Assembly (NCBI GenBank): GCA_964609215.1
Contig: CAZSQZ010000004.1
Coordinates: forward strand, 168,701 to 232,700
Reading direction: 5' to 3'
Length of the DNA stretch: 64,000 nt
Origin: an uncultured Flavobacteriales bacterium
GTDB taxonomy: Bacteria; Bacteroidota; Bacteroidia; Flavobacteriales_D; JABDKJ01
Under the pieces are notes generated by a model. The model was not told where the DNA came from. It saw only the letters and a list, made by a program, of their open reading frames with translations, and searched no databases. Below are positions 28,048 to 38,800 of the stretch, piece after piece. A program made the position numbers and the translations under genes. Each line of letters opens with the position of its first letter. The first letter of the stretch is position 1.

Positions 28048-28494
28048 ATGGAAGTTATACTAAAGAAAGACGTAGACAATTTGGGATCAGCTAATGAGAT
28101 CGTTACAGTTAAGCCTGGTTACGGTAGAAATTTTTTGATCCCTAAAGGAATGGCAATTTTGGCAACACCTTCGGAGAAGAAGGTCATGGCTGAAAACATA
28201 AAGCAACAAGCTCATAAAGCTGCAAAAGTTAAAGATGAAGCAGAAGCTTTAGCTGGAAAGCTAGAAGGCGTTTCTCTTAAAATTGGAGCAAAGGCTGGAG
28301 AAAGTGGAAAGATTTTTGGTTCTGTAAATACTATTCAATTAGCTGAAGCATTGGCTAAAGCAGGATTTGATGTTGACAGAAAGAAAATCTCTATCAAAGA
28401 AGAACCAATTAAAAACCTAGGTTCTTATACTGCAAAAATCAAGTTGCATAAAGAGGTAACTCAAGAAGTAGCTTTTGATGTAGTTGAAGAATAG
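28048..28494 (+). CDS. rplI: 50S ribosomal protein L9
   Basis: MEVILKKDVDNLGSANEIVTVKPGYGRNFLIPKGMA. Conserved rpsF-rpsR-rplI order. Confidence 0.93.
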   Translation: MEVILKKDVDNLGSANEIVTVKPGYGRNFLIPKGMAILATPSEKKVMAENIKQQAHKAAKVKDEAEALAGKLEGVSLKIGAKAGESGKIFGSVNTIQLAEALAKAGFDVDRKKISIKEEPIKNLGSYTAKIKLHKEVTQEVAFDVVEE

Positions 28495-28514
28495 GATTTT
28501 AAGATAATACTTAC

Positions 28515-28551
28515 AAAGCCCCAATCATTATAGAATGATTGGGGCTTTTTT
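28515..28551 (+). terminator. Rho-independent terminator after rplI
   Basis: 13-bp perfect stem agccccaatcatt/aatgattggggct with a 4-nt loop, followed by a T-run. Confidence 0.85.
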
Positions 28552-28559
28552 AATACCTC

Positions 28560-31500
28560 TTATTCTATAATAATTTTCTCTGTTTTAATCTGCAAATCAT
28601 TTTGCACTCTTAAGAAGTAAATTCCCGAATTTAGATTAGCTAAATTAATTTCATGGGTTAACTCATTTCCAGAATTTCTAAACACATTTTCTCTTACCAC
28701 CTTCCCTTGAGAATCGATCAATTCTACAATATATTCTCGTCCAGTAAACCCATCCATTTCAACATTAAGAATGTCATTGGCTGGATTGGGATAAACGAAA
28801 ATATATGCATCGGCAGAAATATCATCTATGCCGGTTGTGTAACCAACAGTAAATTGATGGTCAATGAATTTTCCGAAATTTGGATTAAAAGTAATGAGTG
28901 TATTACTTGCATCGACATCTCTAATTCTCACAAAACCTGTTCCATCACTGTTTGCAAAAAAGCTCAAACCATCATCATCAGAATCTTCCACTACAAAACG
29001 ATAGCATCCCTGCTCTAAAGTAATGGTGTCATTATGTGTAACATTTGCTTGAGTAAAATCTTTATTATAAACTTCATTTCCTACCTCATCATAAATCCAC
29101 CACTCATTTTCAAAAGGAAAACTATTTGTTCTAAATCTGATTTCTAAATGCCCATTGTACTCTGGTGTGCTTTCAAAAACAGTTTTGTAGACGTTGTTGT
29201 TTGGATATTCATCAGTTAGACCATTTGGATTTTCTATCCGAACTTCGAATATATTTGTTGGTCCCCACCAAGTGACTGTTGAAATAGGCAAGGTGACAAC
29301 CTCGGTTTCCCCATAAGCCAAATTACCTTGCCAATCATAAGACAATTCGGTTCCTCCTTGAACATTGTAAATTATTTGAGCTGAGGTAAGGTTTTCACTT
29401 CCCCTATTGGCAATCATTACCTCCGCATTTCCACATACTGGATTAAAGTTGCTATGTCTATCCGCATTGGATGGAGATAATATATCTCTTATTTCCGCAT
29501 CCACTTCAAAATTAGTTTCTCCATACTCAATCAACTGAAAAGCAATTCTTTGATTTCCATCTGGAATGGACACAGGATCAATTCCATACTCAATAGAATT
29601 TACTTGTCCGGCTTCTACAAATGGAGTAATATCCCAATGATAGGTATCCGCAAAATCTCCAGGACACCACCCCGCCCTGTCAAAAATCCAAGTTCCTCCT
29701 TGATCAATAATAGGATTATCAGCACATTCCGTCCAATTCTGCCATGAATATTGCTCTACTCCATTTACTTTTACAAAATGATTGGTTGCACAAAATTCTG
29801 AACAATTTATTCCGCTGCCAAAGCCATGTCCTGTAGCTCTGGTCTTAATTACAAAGTGACTTGCGTCAGAATTCAATAAAATATCTCGAGCAGGAAGATC
29901 ATTATTCTCGCTAATTCCTTCTAAGGAATATTGTCCACTCCAAATTACTTGAGAAGAAAGCACATTTCTTCCTGGAGTTCCTTCTATAAAATGGAACTTT
30001 AAATCCAATAGTTCTTGAGTATTATGAGCTTGCAGATCTACTGAATCCTTCAAGTATAAAACATAATCAGATACATCCACTAGATAGGTCCATCCATCTT
30101 CTCCCAAAGAGAGTCCTATTCCATAAGGAGTAACATAGTTACCTAACTGAACTGTTTCCACTATATCAAAAACGTTCCAATAGGATAGCTCTTGATTCTG
30201 AAATTCTTGTAAAAATCCATAAAAAGTGGAATCAATAATATTACCCGCTGGATCAAATATATAACCATATTCTCTTTCCCATCCATAAATAATGGACGTC
30301 TCTAAAGGAAGCAAAGCAGTATCTGTATATACCTGAACTGAAGTTGAAGGAACTTCTACCAAGTCAAAAACCAAGGTGGAATCTATTGAAATATCATAGT
30401 CTCCATTATAAAGAGAAATATCAGGTCTTAATTCTGTTTGCACTAAGTTGTAAGAGAGATCAAGATTATTTGCTTCGTAAGAAGGCATCCCAAAGACGCT
30501 TGCCTGGTATTCATTCACAGACTGTTCACTTATAATTGGAGATACTTCCTGATCAAATGTGAAGTTCACCAGCAAATTATCAAAGTGGGGATGAGAAGGA
30601 GTAATTGACTTGTTCATGTATTCAGCAATAGTGCTCTGATCAAGTTCAACATCCCAAACTCTAAATTCATCAATAAAACCCTCGTAATAAGTCTGACTTA
30701 ATGAAGTTGAACTAGATCCTATACGAAACTTAGTCGCCCCTTCCATACTTCTTATTCTATTATTTCCCTCATGAAAAAGAGTTCCATTCAAATAGATCTT
30801 CATGTGTCCAGTTGCTGAATTCTTCGTAAAGGCCCAATGATTCCATTGACCTTCATAAGCTGATTCTGGTGCCACCTTGTTTATCCTGTCATATGTTCCC
30901 AAATGACCAGCATCCCAATATACTTGACCATTGCCCCAAGGAAGGTGAGTACTAAATAATCTATTATTGTCTTCATTTACTCCCTGAAACAAATAAGTTG
31001 CAGTTGGCAAGATATCAGGATTCCCGTATGTCCAAGCGGATACCGTAATTTGCTCATCAATACTTTCAAATGCACTTGCTGGCACATCTATATAAGTGCC
31101 TTGAGAAAACTTATAAAAGCCATTACTTTCTTCTTGATAAATACACTCTGCTCCTGGAATAGTGCTTGCACTTAATTCAAAGTCTACTCCTATTTGGTCA
31201 GTATGAATCTCGAACTCAATCAATATATTAGAAACTCCATTCCAATCGAATGCTTCCATAAAGTAGATATCATTCTGCCCAATACTACCTTGAAATGATC
31301 CATTATAAACTAATGTTGAAGCGGTATTTATATATGTTCCATTGAATTCATCATCTGCAATGTTGGCCAATCTGATATTGAGAACATCAATCATTTCTCC
31401 CAAACTATTTACATCAAAAGACATTTTGCCTATGCTGCCTGCAGACAATCCTGCCGATGATAATTCCTCCTCAGTTAAAATAAACTGTGCTTTAGATGAA

Positions 31501-31964
31501 TTTGTGGAAGATGGAATAATGTAAGAAGCACTTTCATCACCATTACCCAAATCATATTCAACTTCGTTAGAAGCTGAATTTAATACTGTTGAATATTGAT
31601 AGCTCTGATAAGTATCAAAAACTGGATTGGTATGAATAAAAAACTCATCAGGATTCTCACCGTTAATAATATATTCGGGATGTACCAGTATATTGGAATC
31701 TAATAATTCTGTATGGTTATATACATTGGTAAAAGTTGTAAAATCCCACTCACCGCAAGCAAATCCATCGGCAATAGTTGCGGCATCGCACTTTATAGTA
31801 TACTCCATTAAAATCTTTTCCCATGTAGTGGTATCTGTAGGAAAATTGAACCATCCTCTGCGCTTAGCTATATCGGAAAATTCAAAGGTTTGAACGCTAA
31901 GAGTATCCTGAGCGGTTATGGTAATTATAAAAAATAAAGAAAAAATAAAGCTACAAGCTTTCAT
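28560..31964 (-). CDS. Large secreted protein with a LamG domain, a PNGase F-related region and a T9SS type A C-terminal domain
   Basis: LamG-like HWAFTKNSATGHMKIYLNGTLFHEG...GFIDEFRVWDVELDQSTIAEYMNK. The PNGase F-related signature as I recall it: HGFGSGINCSEFCATNHFVKVNG...GGTWIFDRAGWCPGDFADTYHWDITPFV. C-terminus IFVYPNPANDILNVEMDG...GIYFLRVQND...KIIIE. Confidence 0.7.
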   Translation of the reverse strand: MKACSFIFSLFFIITITAQDTLSVQTFEFSDIAKRRGWFNFPTDTTTWEKILMEYTIKCDAATIADGFACGEWDFTTFTNVYNHTELLDSNILVHPEYIINGENPDEFFIHTNPVFDTYQSYQYSTVLNSASNEVEYDLGNGDESASYIIPSSTNSSKAQFILTEEELSSAGLSAGSIGKMSFDVNSLGEMIDVLNIRLANIADDEFNGTYINTASTLVYNGSFQGSIGQNDIYFMEAFDWNGVSNILIEFEIHTDQIGVDFELSASTIPGAECIYQEESNGFYKFSQGTYIDVPASAFESIDEQITVSAWTYGNPDILPTATYLFQGVNEDNNRLFSTHLPWGNGQVYWDAGHLGTYDRINKVAPESAYEGQWNHWAFTKNSATGHMKIYLNGTLFHEGNNRIRSMEGATKFRIGSSSTSLSQTYYEGFIDEFRVWDVELDQSTIAEYMNKSITPSHPHFDNLLVNFTFDQEVSPIISEQSVNEYQASVFGMPSYEANNLDLSYNLVQTELRPDISLYNGDYDISIDSTLVFDLVEVPSTSVQVYTDTALLPLETSIIYGWEREYGYIFDPAGNIIDSTFYGFLQEFQNQELSYWNVFDIVETVQLGNYVTPYGIGLSLGEDGWTYLVDVSDYVLYLKDSVDLQAHNTQELLDLKFHFIEGTPGRNVLSSQVIWSGQYSLEGISENNDLPARDILLNSDASHFVIKTRATGHGFGSGINCSEFCATNHFVKVNGVEQYSWQNWTECADNPIIDQGGTWIFDRAGWCPGDFADTYHWDITPFVEAGQVNSIEYGIDPVSIPDGNQRIAFQLIEYGETNFEVDAEIRDILSPSNADRHSNFNPVCGNAEVMIANRGSENLTSAQIIYNVQGGTELSYDWQGNLAYGETEVVTLPISTVTWWGPTNIFEVRIENPNGLTDEYPNNNVYKTVFESTPEYNGHLEIRFRTNSFPFENEWWIYDEVGNEVYNKDFTQANVTHNDTITLEQGCYRFVVEDSDDDGLSFFANSDGTGFVRIRDVDASNTLITFNPNFGKFIDHQFTVGYTTGIDDISADAYIFVYPNPANDILNVEMDGFTGREYIVELIDSQGKVVRENVFRNSGNELTHEINLANLNSGIYFLRVQNDLQIKTEKIIIE

Positions 31965-32006
31965 ATCAGTCTGATTTGGTAGCCCAAGATAAAAAAATAC
32001 CTCTAT

Positions 32007-33296
32007 TTATTCGTGCCGTAAGGATTCTATAGGGTCCAATTTTGAGGCCTTAGATGCAGGATAAATTCCAGAAAGAATAGAAACTAAAATACACACGGCT
32101 ATGGAAACTATAATCCAAGTCCATGGAAATACAAAAGCACCTAAAAAAGCACCCACCGCAACAGAAATTAGTATCCCCAAAATTATACCAACTAATCCTC
32201 CTAGCTGACCAATAAAAATGGATTCCCAAAGAAATTGATTCATGATATCCTTATTGGTAGCTCCAATAGATTTCCGAAGGCCAATTTCTCTTGTTCTTTC
32301 GGAAACAGAAACTAACATGATATTCATCAAACCTATTCCAGCTCCTAGAAGCGTAATAATTGCAATAACAATAGTGCCCAGTTTAATACTTGTTATCATT
32401 TCCAGTAACTGAGAAGCAACACTGTCACTTTTTCGAACTTGAAAGGAGCTTTCATCTCCGGGTAAATCACCTCTTACAATTCTAAAAATTCCTGTAGCGT
32501 TATCAATTGACGCGTCCAACAATTCTGGGTTTCCCTCTATAACGTTTATATAATACCAAGATGAACTTGTGGCATAGTTCAACTTAAAGGTCCCCAATGG
32601 AATTACCGCTAAATTGTCACCTGCAAATCCAAAAGAATTTCCCTTTGAAAGCAAAGTACCAATAACCTTATAACGCTCACTTCCTAAATAAATAAACTTA
32701 TTGATCGGGTTCTCGTTATTAACAAATAACTTACTGATTAAATCCTGTCCTAAAATCACTACTCTAGAACCTAAAATATTGTCAGTTTTTGAAAAATTCC
32801 TCCCTTTTTCAAGATCATATCCAGATGCTGTTAAATAATTTTCATCCCCTGCAATTACTCTAACGTTGGGGTTTGTTTTTTCTGAATTGAACTTCAACGT
32901 AGCAATTCCCGACAAGAATGCGCTTACCGAAACCACCTCGGCTTCGTTAAATCGACTTGCAAACTCTAAAGCCTCGGAATAAGAAATCTTTGGAAAAATT
33001 TTACGGGCCCTGCCACTTCTGTTTCTCCCCTCACTGCTCTTATTTTGAAGTGTATAAGTATTAGATCCCATTGAAGAAAACTCACTGGTAATCTTGGCCT
33101 TTAGATTATCGGTACTCGCAAATATCCCAACCATTGCCATAATACCGATACCTATTATTAGTACTGTTAAAATAGTTCGCAGAAGTTGTCCTCTAATGGA
33201 TCTCCAGGCAATTTTGATATTTTCTAACCAAGTTCTAAGCAAAAAATCAAATCTTAAAATGCAATTTCGTATTTTCGGCAACCAATTTAAAATCAA
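32007..33296 (-). CDS. ABC transporter permease (FtsX/MacB-like)
   Basis: N-terminal [31 protein letters not shown], a large periplasmic domain, and the C-terminal FtsX-type 3-TM bundle with [15 protein letters not shown]. The true start is probably internal or non-ATG, because the tracked start lies 5 bp from the divergent aconitase ATG. Confidence 0.8.
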   Translation of the reverse strand: MILNWLPKIRNCILRFDFLLRTWLENIKIAWRSIRGQLLRTILTVLIIGIGIMAMVGIFASTDNLKAKITSEFSSMGSNTYTLQNKSSEGRNRSGRARKIFPKISYSEALEFASRFNEAEVVSVSAFLSGIATLKFNSEKTNPNVRVIAGDENYLTASGYDLEKGRNFSKTDNILGSRVVILGQDLISKLFVNNENPINKFIYLGSERYKVIGTLLSKGNSFGFAGDNLAVIPLGTFKLNYATSSSWYYINVIEGNPELLDASIDNATGIFRIVRGDLPGDESSFQVRKSDSVASQLLEMITSIKLGTIVIAIITLLGAGIGLMNIMLVSVSERTREIGLRKSIGATNKDIMNQFLWESIFIGQLGGLVGIILGILISVAVGAFLGAFVFPWTWIIVSIAVCILVSILSGIYPASKASKLDPIESLRHE

Positions 33297-33301
33297 TTTT
33301 C

Positions 33302-35572
33302 ATGGCTTTCGACATCGATATGATAAAAGCTGTTTACAGCAAATTTCCTGAACGCATTTCTTCTGCACGTAAAGTTCTAAATAAACCTTTGACATTAAGT
33401 GAAAAAATTCTTTATGGTCATTTATGGGATGGAGAGGCAAATGAAGCTTATGAAAGGGGAAATTCTTATGTTGATTTTGCTCCAGACAGAGTTGCTATGC
33501 AAGATGCTACTGCGCAAATGGCTCTTTTACAATTTATGCAAGCCGGGAAGAAAAAAGTTGCTGTTCCCTCAACCGTGCACTTAGATCATCTCATTCAAGC
33601 TAGAATTGGTGCAGACAAAGATCTTCAAAATGCAATAAATCAAAGTAGTGAAGTTTTTAATTTTTTGGAATCTGCTTCAAATAAATATGGAATTGGTTTC
33701 TGGAAGCCTGGTGCTGGAATAATTCATCAAGTTGTGCTTGAAAACTATGCATTTCCAGGTGGTATGATGATCGGAACAGACTCTCACACGGTGAACGCTG
33801 GTGGTCTTGGAATGGTTGCAATTGGTGTTGGTGGTGCTGATGCTGTTGATGTGATGGCTGGCATGCCTTGGGAACTAAAATTCCCGAAATTAATTGGTGT
33901 TAAGTTGGTTGGAAAATTGAGCGGTTGGACGGCTCCAAAAGATGTGATCCTAAAAGTTGCCGGAATTTTAACTGTAAAAGGAGGAACAGGAGCAATTGTA
34001 GAATATTTTGGAGAAGGTGCAAATTCAATGAGTTGTACCGGAAAAGGCACCATTTGTAATATGGGCGCTGAAATTGGAGCAACTACCTCAACGTTTGGCT
34101 ACGATGATGCCATGGAAAGATATTTAAGAGCTACTGACAGGAACGATGTTGCAGATGCTGCAAATGGCATAAGAGAACATTTAACTGGCGATCCTGAAGT
34201 CTATGCTAATCCAGAACAATACTTTGATCAAGTCATTGAAATTAACTTGAGCGAATTAAAGCCTCATTTGAATGGCCCTTTCACTCCGGACCTAGCAACT
34301 GAAGTTGGCACAATGAATGCAAAAGCGCAAAAGAATGAGTGGCCCCTAGATGTTGAGTGGGGATTAATAGGTTCTTGCACTAATTCATCTTATGAAGATT
34401 TAAGTAGAGCAGCATCTGTTGCAAAACAAGCAGTGGAAAAAGGTTTAGAAACAAAAGCAAAGTTTGGTATAAATCCAGGTTCAGAGCAGGTAAGGTACAC
34501 AGCAGAAAGAGATGGCTTACTTGATATTTTTGAGGATTTAGATGCGACAATTTTCACTAATGCATGCGGTCCTTGCATTGGTCAATGGGCTAGATATCAA
34601 GACCCAAAAAATGCTCCAAAGAACAGTATTGTGCACTCCTTTAACAGGAACTTTGCTAAAAGAGCAGATGGAAACCCTAACACACATGCTTTTGTAACCT
34701 CTCCAGAGATGGTGGCTGCTATCGCTATTTCTGGTAGATTAGATTTCAATCCAATTACTGATACCCTCCTAAATAAAGATGGACAGGAGGTAAAATTAAA
34801 CGAGCCTACTGGCTGGGAACTTCCCCCTAAAGGTTTTGACGTTGAAGACAATGGCTATATAGAACCCGCTGCAGATGGATCTGGAGTAGATATTGTGGTG
34901 AATCCAGATTCTGAAAGATTGGAATTACTCAGCCCCTTCAAACCTTGGGATGGAGAAAATATAACAGGAGCAAAATTATTGATAAAGGCCTTTGGAAAAT
35001 GTACAACTGATCATATTTCAATGGCTGGACCTTGGTTAAAATATAGAGGTCATTTGGATAATATATCCAACAATTGCTTAATAGGTGCCGTGAATGCCTA
35101 TAACAAAGAAACCAATCATGTTAAGAGTCAAATTAATGGCGAATACGGGGAAGTTCCCGCTACCCAAAGAGCGTATAAGGCTGCTGGAATACCCACAGTA
35201 GTTATTGGAGATCATAATTATGGAGAAGGTTCTTCAAGAGAACATGCTGCTATGGAACCTCGACATCTTGGAGTATTTGCTGTTTTAGTAAAGTCTTTTG
35301 CTAGAATCCACGAAACCAATCTGAAGAAACAAGGAATGTTAGGAATAACTTTTAATGATGAGGCAGATTATGATAAGATAATGGAGGATGATACCTTTAA
35401 TTTCGTGGATTTAAAGGAATTTGCACCTAGTAAACCATTAAATATTGAAGTAGTTCATGCAGATGGCACTAAAGACATGATTCAGGCCAACCACACATAT
35501 AATGCACAGCAGATTGAATGGTTTAAAGAAGGTTCAGCTCTTAATCTGATTAGCAAAGAACAAATGAACTAG
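33302..35572 (+). CDS. acn: Aconitate hydratase (about 755-aa mitochondrial-type)
   Basis: [37 protein letters not shown] (Fe-S cluster Cys ligands) and [10 protein letters not shown]. Confidence 0.92.
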   Translation: MAFDIDMIKAVYSKFPERISSARKVLNKPLTLSEKILYGHLWDGEANEAYERGNSYVDFAPDRVAMQDATAQMALLQFMQAGKKKVAVPSTVHLDHLIQARIGADKDLQNAINQSSEVFNFLESASNKYGIGFWKPGAGIIHQVVLENYAFPGGMMIGTDSHTVNAGGLGMVAIGVGGADAVDVMAGMPWELKFPKLIGVKLVGKLSGWTAPKDVILKVAGILTVKGGTGAIVEYFGEGANSMSCTGKGTICNMGAEIGATTSTFGYDDAMERYLRATDRNDVADAANGIREHLTGDPEVYANPEQYFDQVIEINLSELKPHLNGPFTPDLATEVGTMNAKAQKNEWPLDVEWGLIGSCTNSSYEDLSRAASVAKQAVEKGLETKAKFGINPGSEQVRYTAERDGLLDIFEDLDATIFTNACGPCIGQWARYQDPKNAPKNSIVHSFNRNFAKRADGNPNTHAFVTSPEMVAAIAISGRLDFNPITDTLLNKDGQEVKLNEPTGWELPPKGFDVEDNGYIEPAADGSGVDIVVNPDSERLELLSPFKPWDGENITGAKLLIKAFGKCTTDHISMAGPWLKYRGHLDNISNNCLIGAVNAYNKETNHVKSQINGEYGEVPATQRAYKAAGIPTVVIGDHNYGEGSSREHAAMEPRHLGVFAVLVKSFARIHETNLKKQGMLGITFNDEADYDKIMEDDTFNFVDLKEFAPSKPLNIEVVHADGTKDMIQANHTYNAQQIEWFKEGSALNLISKEQMN

Positions 35573-35660
35573 TTTCAAAGCCTTATATTTATTGTTAATT
35601 TTTGTTTTAGGCGGTAAATATTGTTTTATATTCGACCAAATTTTAAAATTACATACTACT

Positions 35661-36257
35661 ATGAAAAAAATTTTCACATTACTTGTTGTTCTAGGTATTA
35701 CTACAACAGCGTTTTCTCAATATGCAAATGGTGCAGCAAAGTTTAATTTGTTTGGAGTTGCTGTTGGTCAGTTTCAATTTGGATATGAGCACGCTTTGAA
35801 TGAAAATTCATCTGTTCAGTTATCTGCTGGTATTATAAGCAGAACTTGGGATGGAGGTATTGATTTTGGAGGTCTTTCTAGCTCTTTTGAGCAAAAGAAT
35901 TCAGGATTCATTGTTATTCCTGAGTACAGATACTATTTCGCTGGAGAGGCTTTAAAAGGAGTATATGCCGGTGCTTTTGCAAGATTTAGATCTTTGGGTA
36001 TTGACTATACAACTACGACTGGTTCAGATGCTGTTACTTCTGAGTTCTCAAGAACTGCAGTTGGAGGTGGAGCAATTTTAGGTTATCAATTTATAATTTC
36101 CGATAAAGTTCTTATTGATCTTTTTCTAGGCCCACAATTCAAATCTGTAAGCACGGAAGTAGATGCAAACGGAGATGATTTTGATCTAAATATTTTAGAA
36201 GGTGAATCTGATGGTTTTGGAATTCGTTTCGGTTTAAATTTTGGAATCGTACTCTAA
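35661..36257 (+). CDS. Small outer-membrane beta-barrel protein (DUF3575-like)
   Basis: Signal peptide MKKIFTLLVVLGITTTAFSQ at an internal ATG (35661), alternating beta-strand pattern, the PEYRYYF motif, and a C-terminal aromatic end FGLNFGIVL. Confidence 0.65.
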   Translation: MKKIFTLLVVLGITTTAFSQYANGAAKFNLFGVAVGQFQFGYEHALNENSSVQLSAGIISRTWDGGIDFGGLSSSFEQKNSGFIVIPEYRYYFAGEALKGVYAGAFARFRSLGIDYTTTTGSDAVTSEFSRTAVGGGAILGYQFIISDKVLIDLFLGPQFKSVSTEVDANGDDFDLNILEGESDGFGIRFGLNFGIVL

Positions 36258-36281
36258 TAAAGAATCATTATTAAAAGATTG

Positions 36282-36308
36282 AAAACCCCGCTTAAGCGGG
36301 GTTTTTTT
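36282..36308 (+). terminator. Rho-independent terminator
   Basis: aaaa-ccccgc-ttaa-gcgggg-ttttttt. Confidence 0.85.
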
Positions 36309-36386
36309 ATGCATAATTTTTCTTCGGCATAGAAATTGCAAAATGTGCCTTGTTCTCTTTAAAAACAATTAAATAGGACATTTAAC

Positions 36387-36394
36387 TATATTTG
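36387..36394 (+). promoter_or_regulatory. Candidate -7 box TAnnTTTG upstream of the first OmpA-family gene
   Basis: tatatttg lies 26 nt upstream of ATG 36420 and is followed by the 12-bp palindrome agcttataagct (36399-36410). There is no clear -33 element. Confidence 0.35.
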
Positions 36395-36419
36395 TTTCAG
36401 CTTATAAGCTTATAGAATT

Positions 36420-37595
36420 ATGAATAAAATACTAACTATTCTTTTCCTTGTCGCAATTTCAACAAGTGCTTTCGCACAAAAAGACAAAAAAGGAGAAGCC
36501 GAAGATGGAGATAAGAACTTGATAAAGAATGCAAGTTTTGAAGACAATAACGGTAAGATCAAGAAATTGGGCCAAATAGATTACGCAGATGAGTGGAATA
36601 AAACCACTAAAATAAAGTCTGATTTATTTATTAAATCTTCGGAATATCCAGAAATCAATATTCCAGAAAATTTTTACGGAAAAGCGAGTCCAAGTAATGG
36701 AAAGTCCTATGCAGGATTTATTGCCTATACAAAACAATATAAGACGCAAAAGAGCTACATGACAACCGAGCTCAAAAAATCTTTAACAAAAGGTGCCAGG
36801 TACTGCTTTAGAATGGATGTTAGTTTAAGTGATTTATCAAAATACGCTTGTAATAATATTGGAGTTAGTATTAATAAAAAGGATCCAAGAGACCCAGAGA
36901 GTAAGACGGATATCTTGGATGCAAACAGAATTGTGACAAGCACCAATGCGGTTATTTCTGAAATGAACGGTTGGGAAACTATATGCGTTCCATTTACTGC
37001 TAAGGGTTCTGAAAAATATTTATCGGTTGGAAATTTTGCTCCGGAAAAAGACACTTTTGCAAAAAAGGTAGATACTCCAGAGGGCGAAAGCAGGGATCAA
37101 ATATTGATGGCTTACTACTACGTTGATAATCTAGAACTCATTCCTATTTCTAAAGATTCTGAATGCTCTTGCGAAAGAGATAAAACAGAAGGCCCAAATA
37201 TTGTTTACAGCAGTTCTTCTGCATTTGATGAAAATGCAAGTAATGAAGAAAAAATTAAATCAAGTACTGTTTATTTTTATCCCAATAAATCTGAATTGAC
37301 AGGAGCCGCTATGGCCAGCCTGGATATTTTAGCGGAATTACTTTCGGAGAATGCAAAAATTGAACTTACAGTAGAAGGACACATGGATGATAAAGAGGAT
37401 AATAAATCATCAGAAAGAGATTACTATCAAGATATTTCCAAAGATAGATCGAATGCGGTTATCGATTATCTAGTTTCTAAAGGTGTAGATAAGTCTAGGT
37501 TAACTATAAAGGCCTACAAGAATACTAAACCGGTTTCTAAAATTCCTTCTCCACTAAATATGGCTAAGAATAGAAGAGTGGAATTTAAGATGTAA
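36420..37595 (+). CDS. OmpA-family protein, paralog 1 of 4
   Basis: Signal peptide, N-domain starting NLIKNASFED, YYYVDNLELIPI, and a C-terminal OmpA-like peptidoglycan-binding domain ending ...NMAKNRRVEFKM. Confidence 0.8.
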   Translation: MNKILTILFLVAISTSAFAQKDKKGEAEDGDKNLIKNASFEDNNGKIKKLGQIDYADEWNKTTKIKSDLFIKSSEYPEINIPENFYGKASPSNGKSYAGFIAYTKQYKTQKSYMTTELKKSLTKGARYCFRMDVSLSDLSKYACNNIGVSINKKDPRDPESKTDILDANRIVTSTNAVISEMNGWETICVPFTAKGSEKYLSVGNFAPEKDTFAKKVDTPEGESRDQILMAYYYVDNLELIPISKDSECSCERDKTEGPNIVYSSSSAFDENASNEEKIKSSTVYFYPNKSELTGAAMASLDILAELLSENAKIELTVEGHMDDKEDNKSSERDYYQDISKDRSNAVIDYLVSKGVDKSRLTIKAYKNTKPVSKIPSPLNMAKNRRVEFKM

Positions 37596-37648
37596 CTATT
37601 CTGACTTTATTTGTTAATACTATAAGCACAATTAGCTAGGCATTTTAA

Positions 37649-38800
37649 ATGCTTAAATATGAATATATGAGATTTTGTTGGCTTATAGGAGTTCTCATTC
37701 TTTCAACAAATTTGATAAATGCTCAAAATTTGATTGAGAATGCCAGTTTTGAAAAAAGAAAACATTGCCCTGTAGGTATTAATCAAAGTAGCCTAAGCCT
37801 AATTAAAAATTGGAATCAAGCTTCTAAGGGAACTTCAGATTATTTCAATGAATGCAGCGAAAAAGTTGGGGTTCCTGAAAACATATTTGGGTCTGAACAA
37901 GCTAAAGATGGAGTCTCCTATATTGGCTTAGTTTCCTTTTCTCCTTCTAGAGGAAACTATAGAGAATACATGCAGACGAAACTAACTGAACCCTTAAAGA
38001 AAGGTCAGCTATACTGTGTTGAATTTTACGCTTCTCTTGCAGATCATTCACAGTTTTTTATAGATGGATTGGGAATTCATTTTTCAAAGAATAAAGTCAA
38101 AGCACAAAATGATAAGTTTATTCCGGTAAAGGCACAAATTAATAATCCGAGTAAAAATTATCTGGATAATTCGAACGGCTGGACATTATTAAGTGATGTT
38201 TTTGAAGCTCAGGGTGGAGAACAATTCGCCACCATTGGGAACTTCCTCAGAGACGGAGATATTAAAATAAGACAAAGAAATATTGAAGAACTTAAAAATG
38301 CGAATCACGACTATGCATACTATTATATAGATGCGTTAAATGTAAAACCTATTAATGCAAAAGAGGATTGTTCCTGCACATTTGAACTAGCAAAAAAGGA
38401 ACTAGCAGATAGTTCTAATTATAAAGAGGAAGATTATAAGAATGTAAGTATTGAAACTGTACTTTTTGATTTTGACGAAATCACTATTTCTAGAAAAGAG
38501 CAGGAAAGGTTGAATGAGGTTATCATATTAATGAAAGACAACCCTTATATTATGCTGGAAGTTGTTGGACATACGGATCTAATTGGAAATGAAGAATATA
38601 ATCAATCCCTTTCTGCTGAAAGAGCAAAAGCTGTAATGGACTTTTTGAAAGATAGAGGAATTGGTAAAGACAGAATTAAAATTAATTACTTTGGCAGTAG
38701 TAAACCCATTGCCAGCAATAAAACGAATGAAGGTCGAGCTAAAAATAGACGTGTGGAATTCCTTATTATTGAAAGGACTTATACTGATTTTAAGCAATAG
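37649..38800 (+). CDS. OmpA-family protein, paralog 2
   Basis: NLIENASFEK..., YYYIDALNVKPI, GHTDLIGNEEYNQSLSAERAKAV and RAKNRRVEFLI. An alternative start is ATG 37667. Confidence 0.8.
   Translation: MLKYEYMRFCWLIGVLILSTNLINAQNLIENASFEKRKHCPVGINQSSLSLIKNWNQASKGTSDYFNECSEKVGVPENIFGSEQAKDGVSYIGLVSFSPSRGNYREYMQTKLTEPLKKGQLYCVEFYASLADHSQFFIDGLGIHFSKNKVKAQNDKFIPVKAQINNPSKNYLDNSNGWTLLSDVFEAQGGEQFATIGNFLRDGDIKIRQRNIEELKNANHDYAYYYIDALNVKPINAKEDCSCTFELAKKELADSSNYKEEDYKNVSIETVLFDFDEITISRKEQERLNEVIILMKDNPYIMLEVVGHTDLIGNEEYNQSLSAERAKAVMDFLKDRGIGKDRIKINYFGSSKPIASNKTNEGRAKNRRVEFLIIERTYTDFKQ

Noticed and set aside
33296-33302. Head-to-head genes (ABC permease and aconitase) apparently only 5 bp apart, suggesting overlapping divergent promoters
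   Set aside because: This is more simply explained by an over-extended permease ORF. The conserved N-terminal TM helix begins around [14 protein letters not shown], so the true start is probably an internal non-ATG codon, which leaves a normal intergenic region.
38661-38800. Overlap of up to 140 bp between OmpA paralogs 2 and 3, a possible sign of a frameshifted fusion or programmed recoding
   Set aside because: Paralog 2 already ends with a complete OmpA domain (..NRRVEFLIIERTY). Paralog 3 has its own signal-peptide-like segment (LILILSNSFLFIQSSFSQ), so only the start-codon choice (ATG 38727 or TTG 38769) is uncertain.
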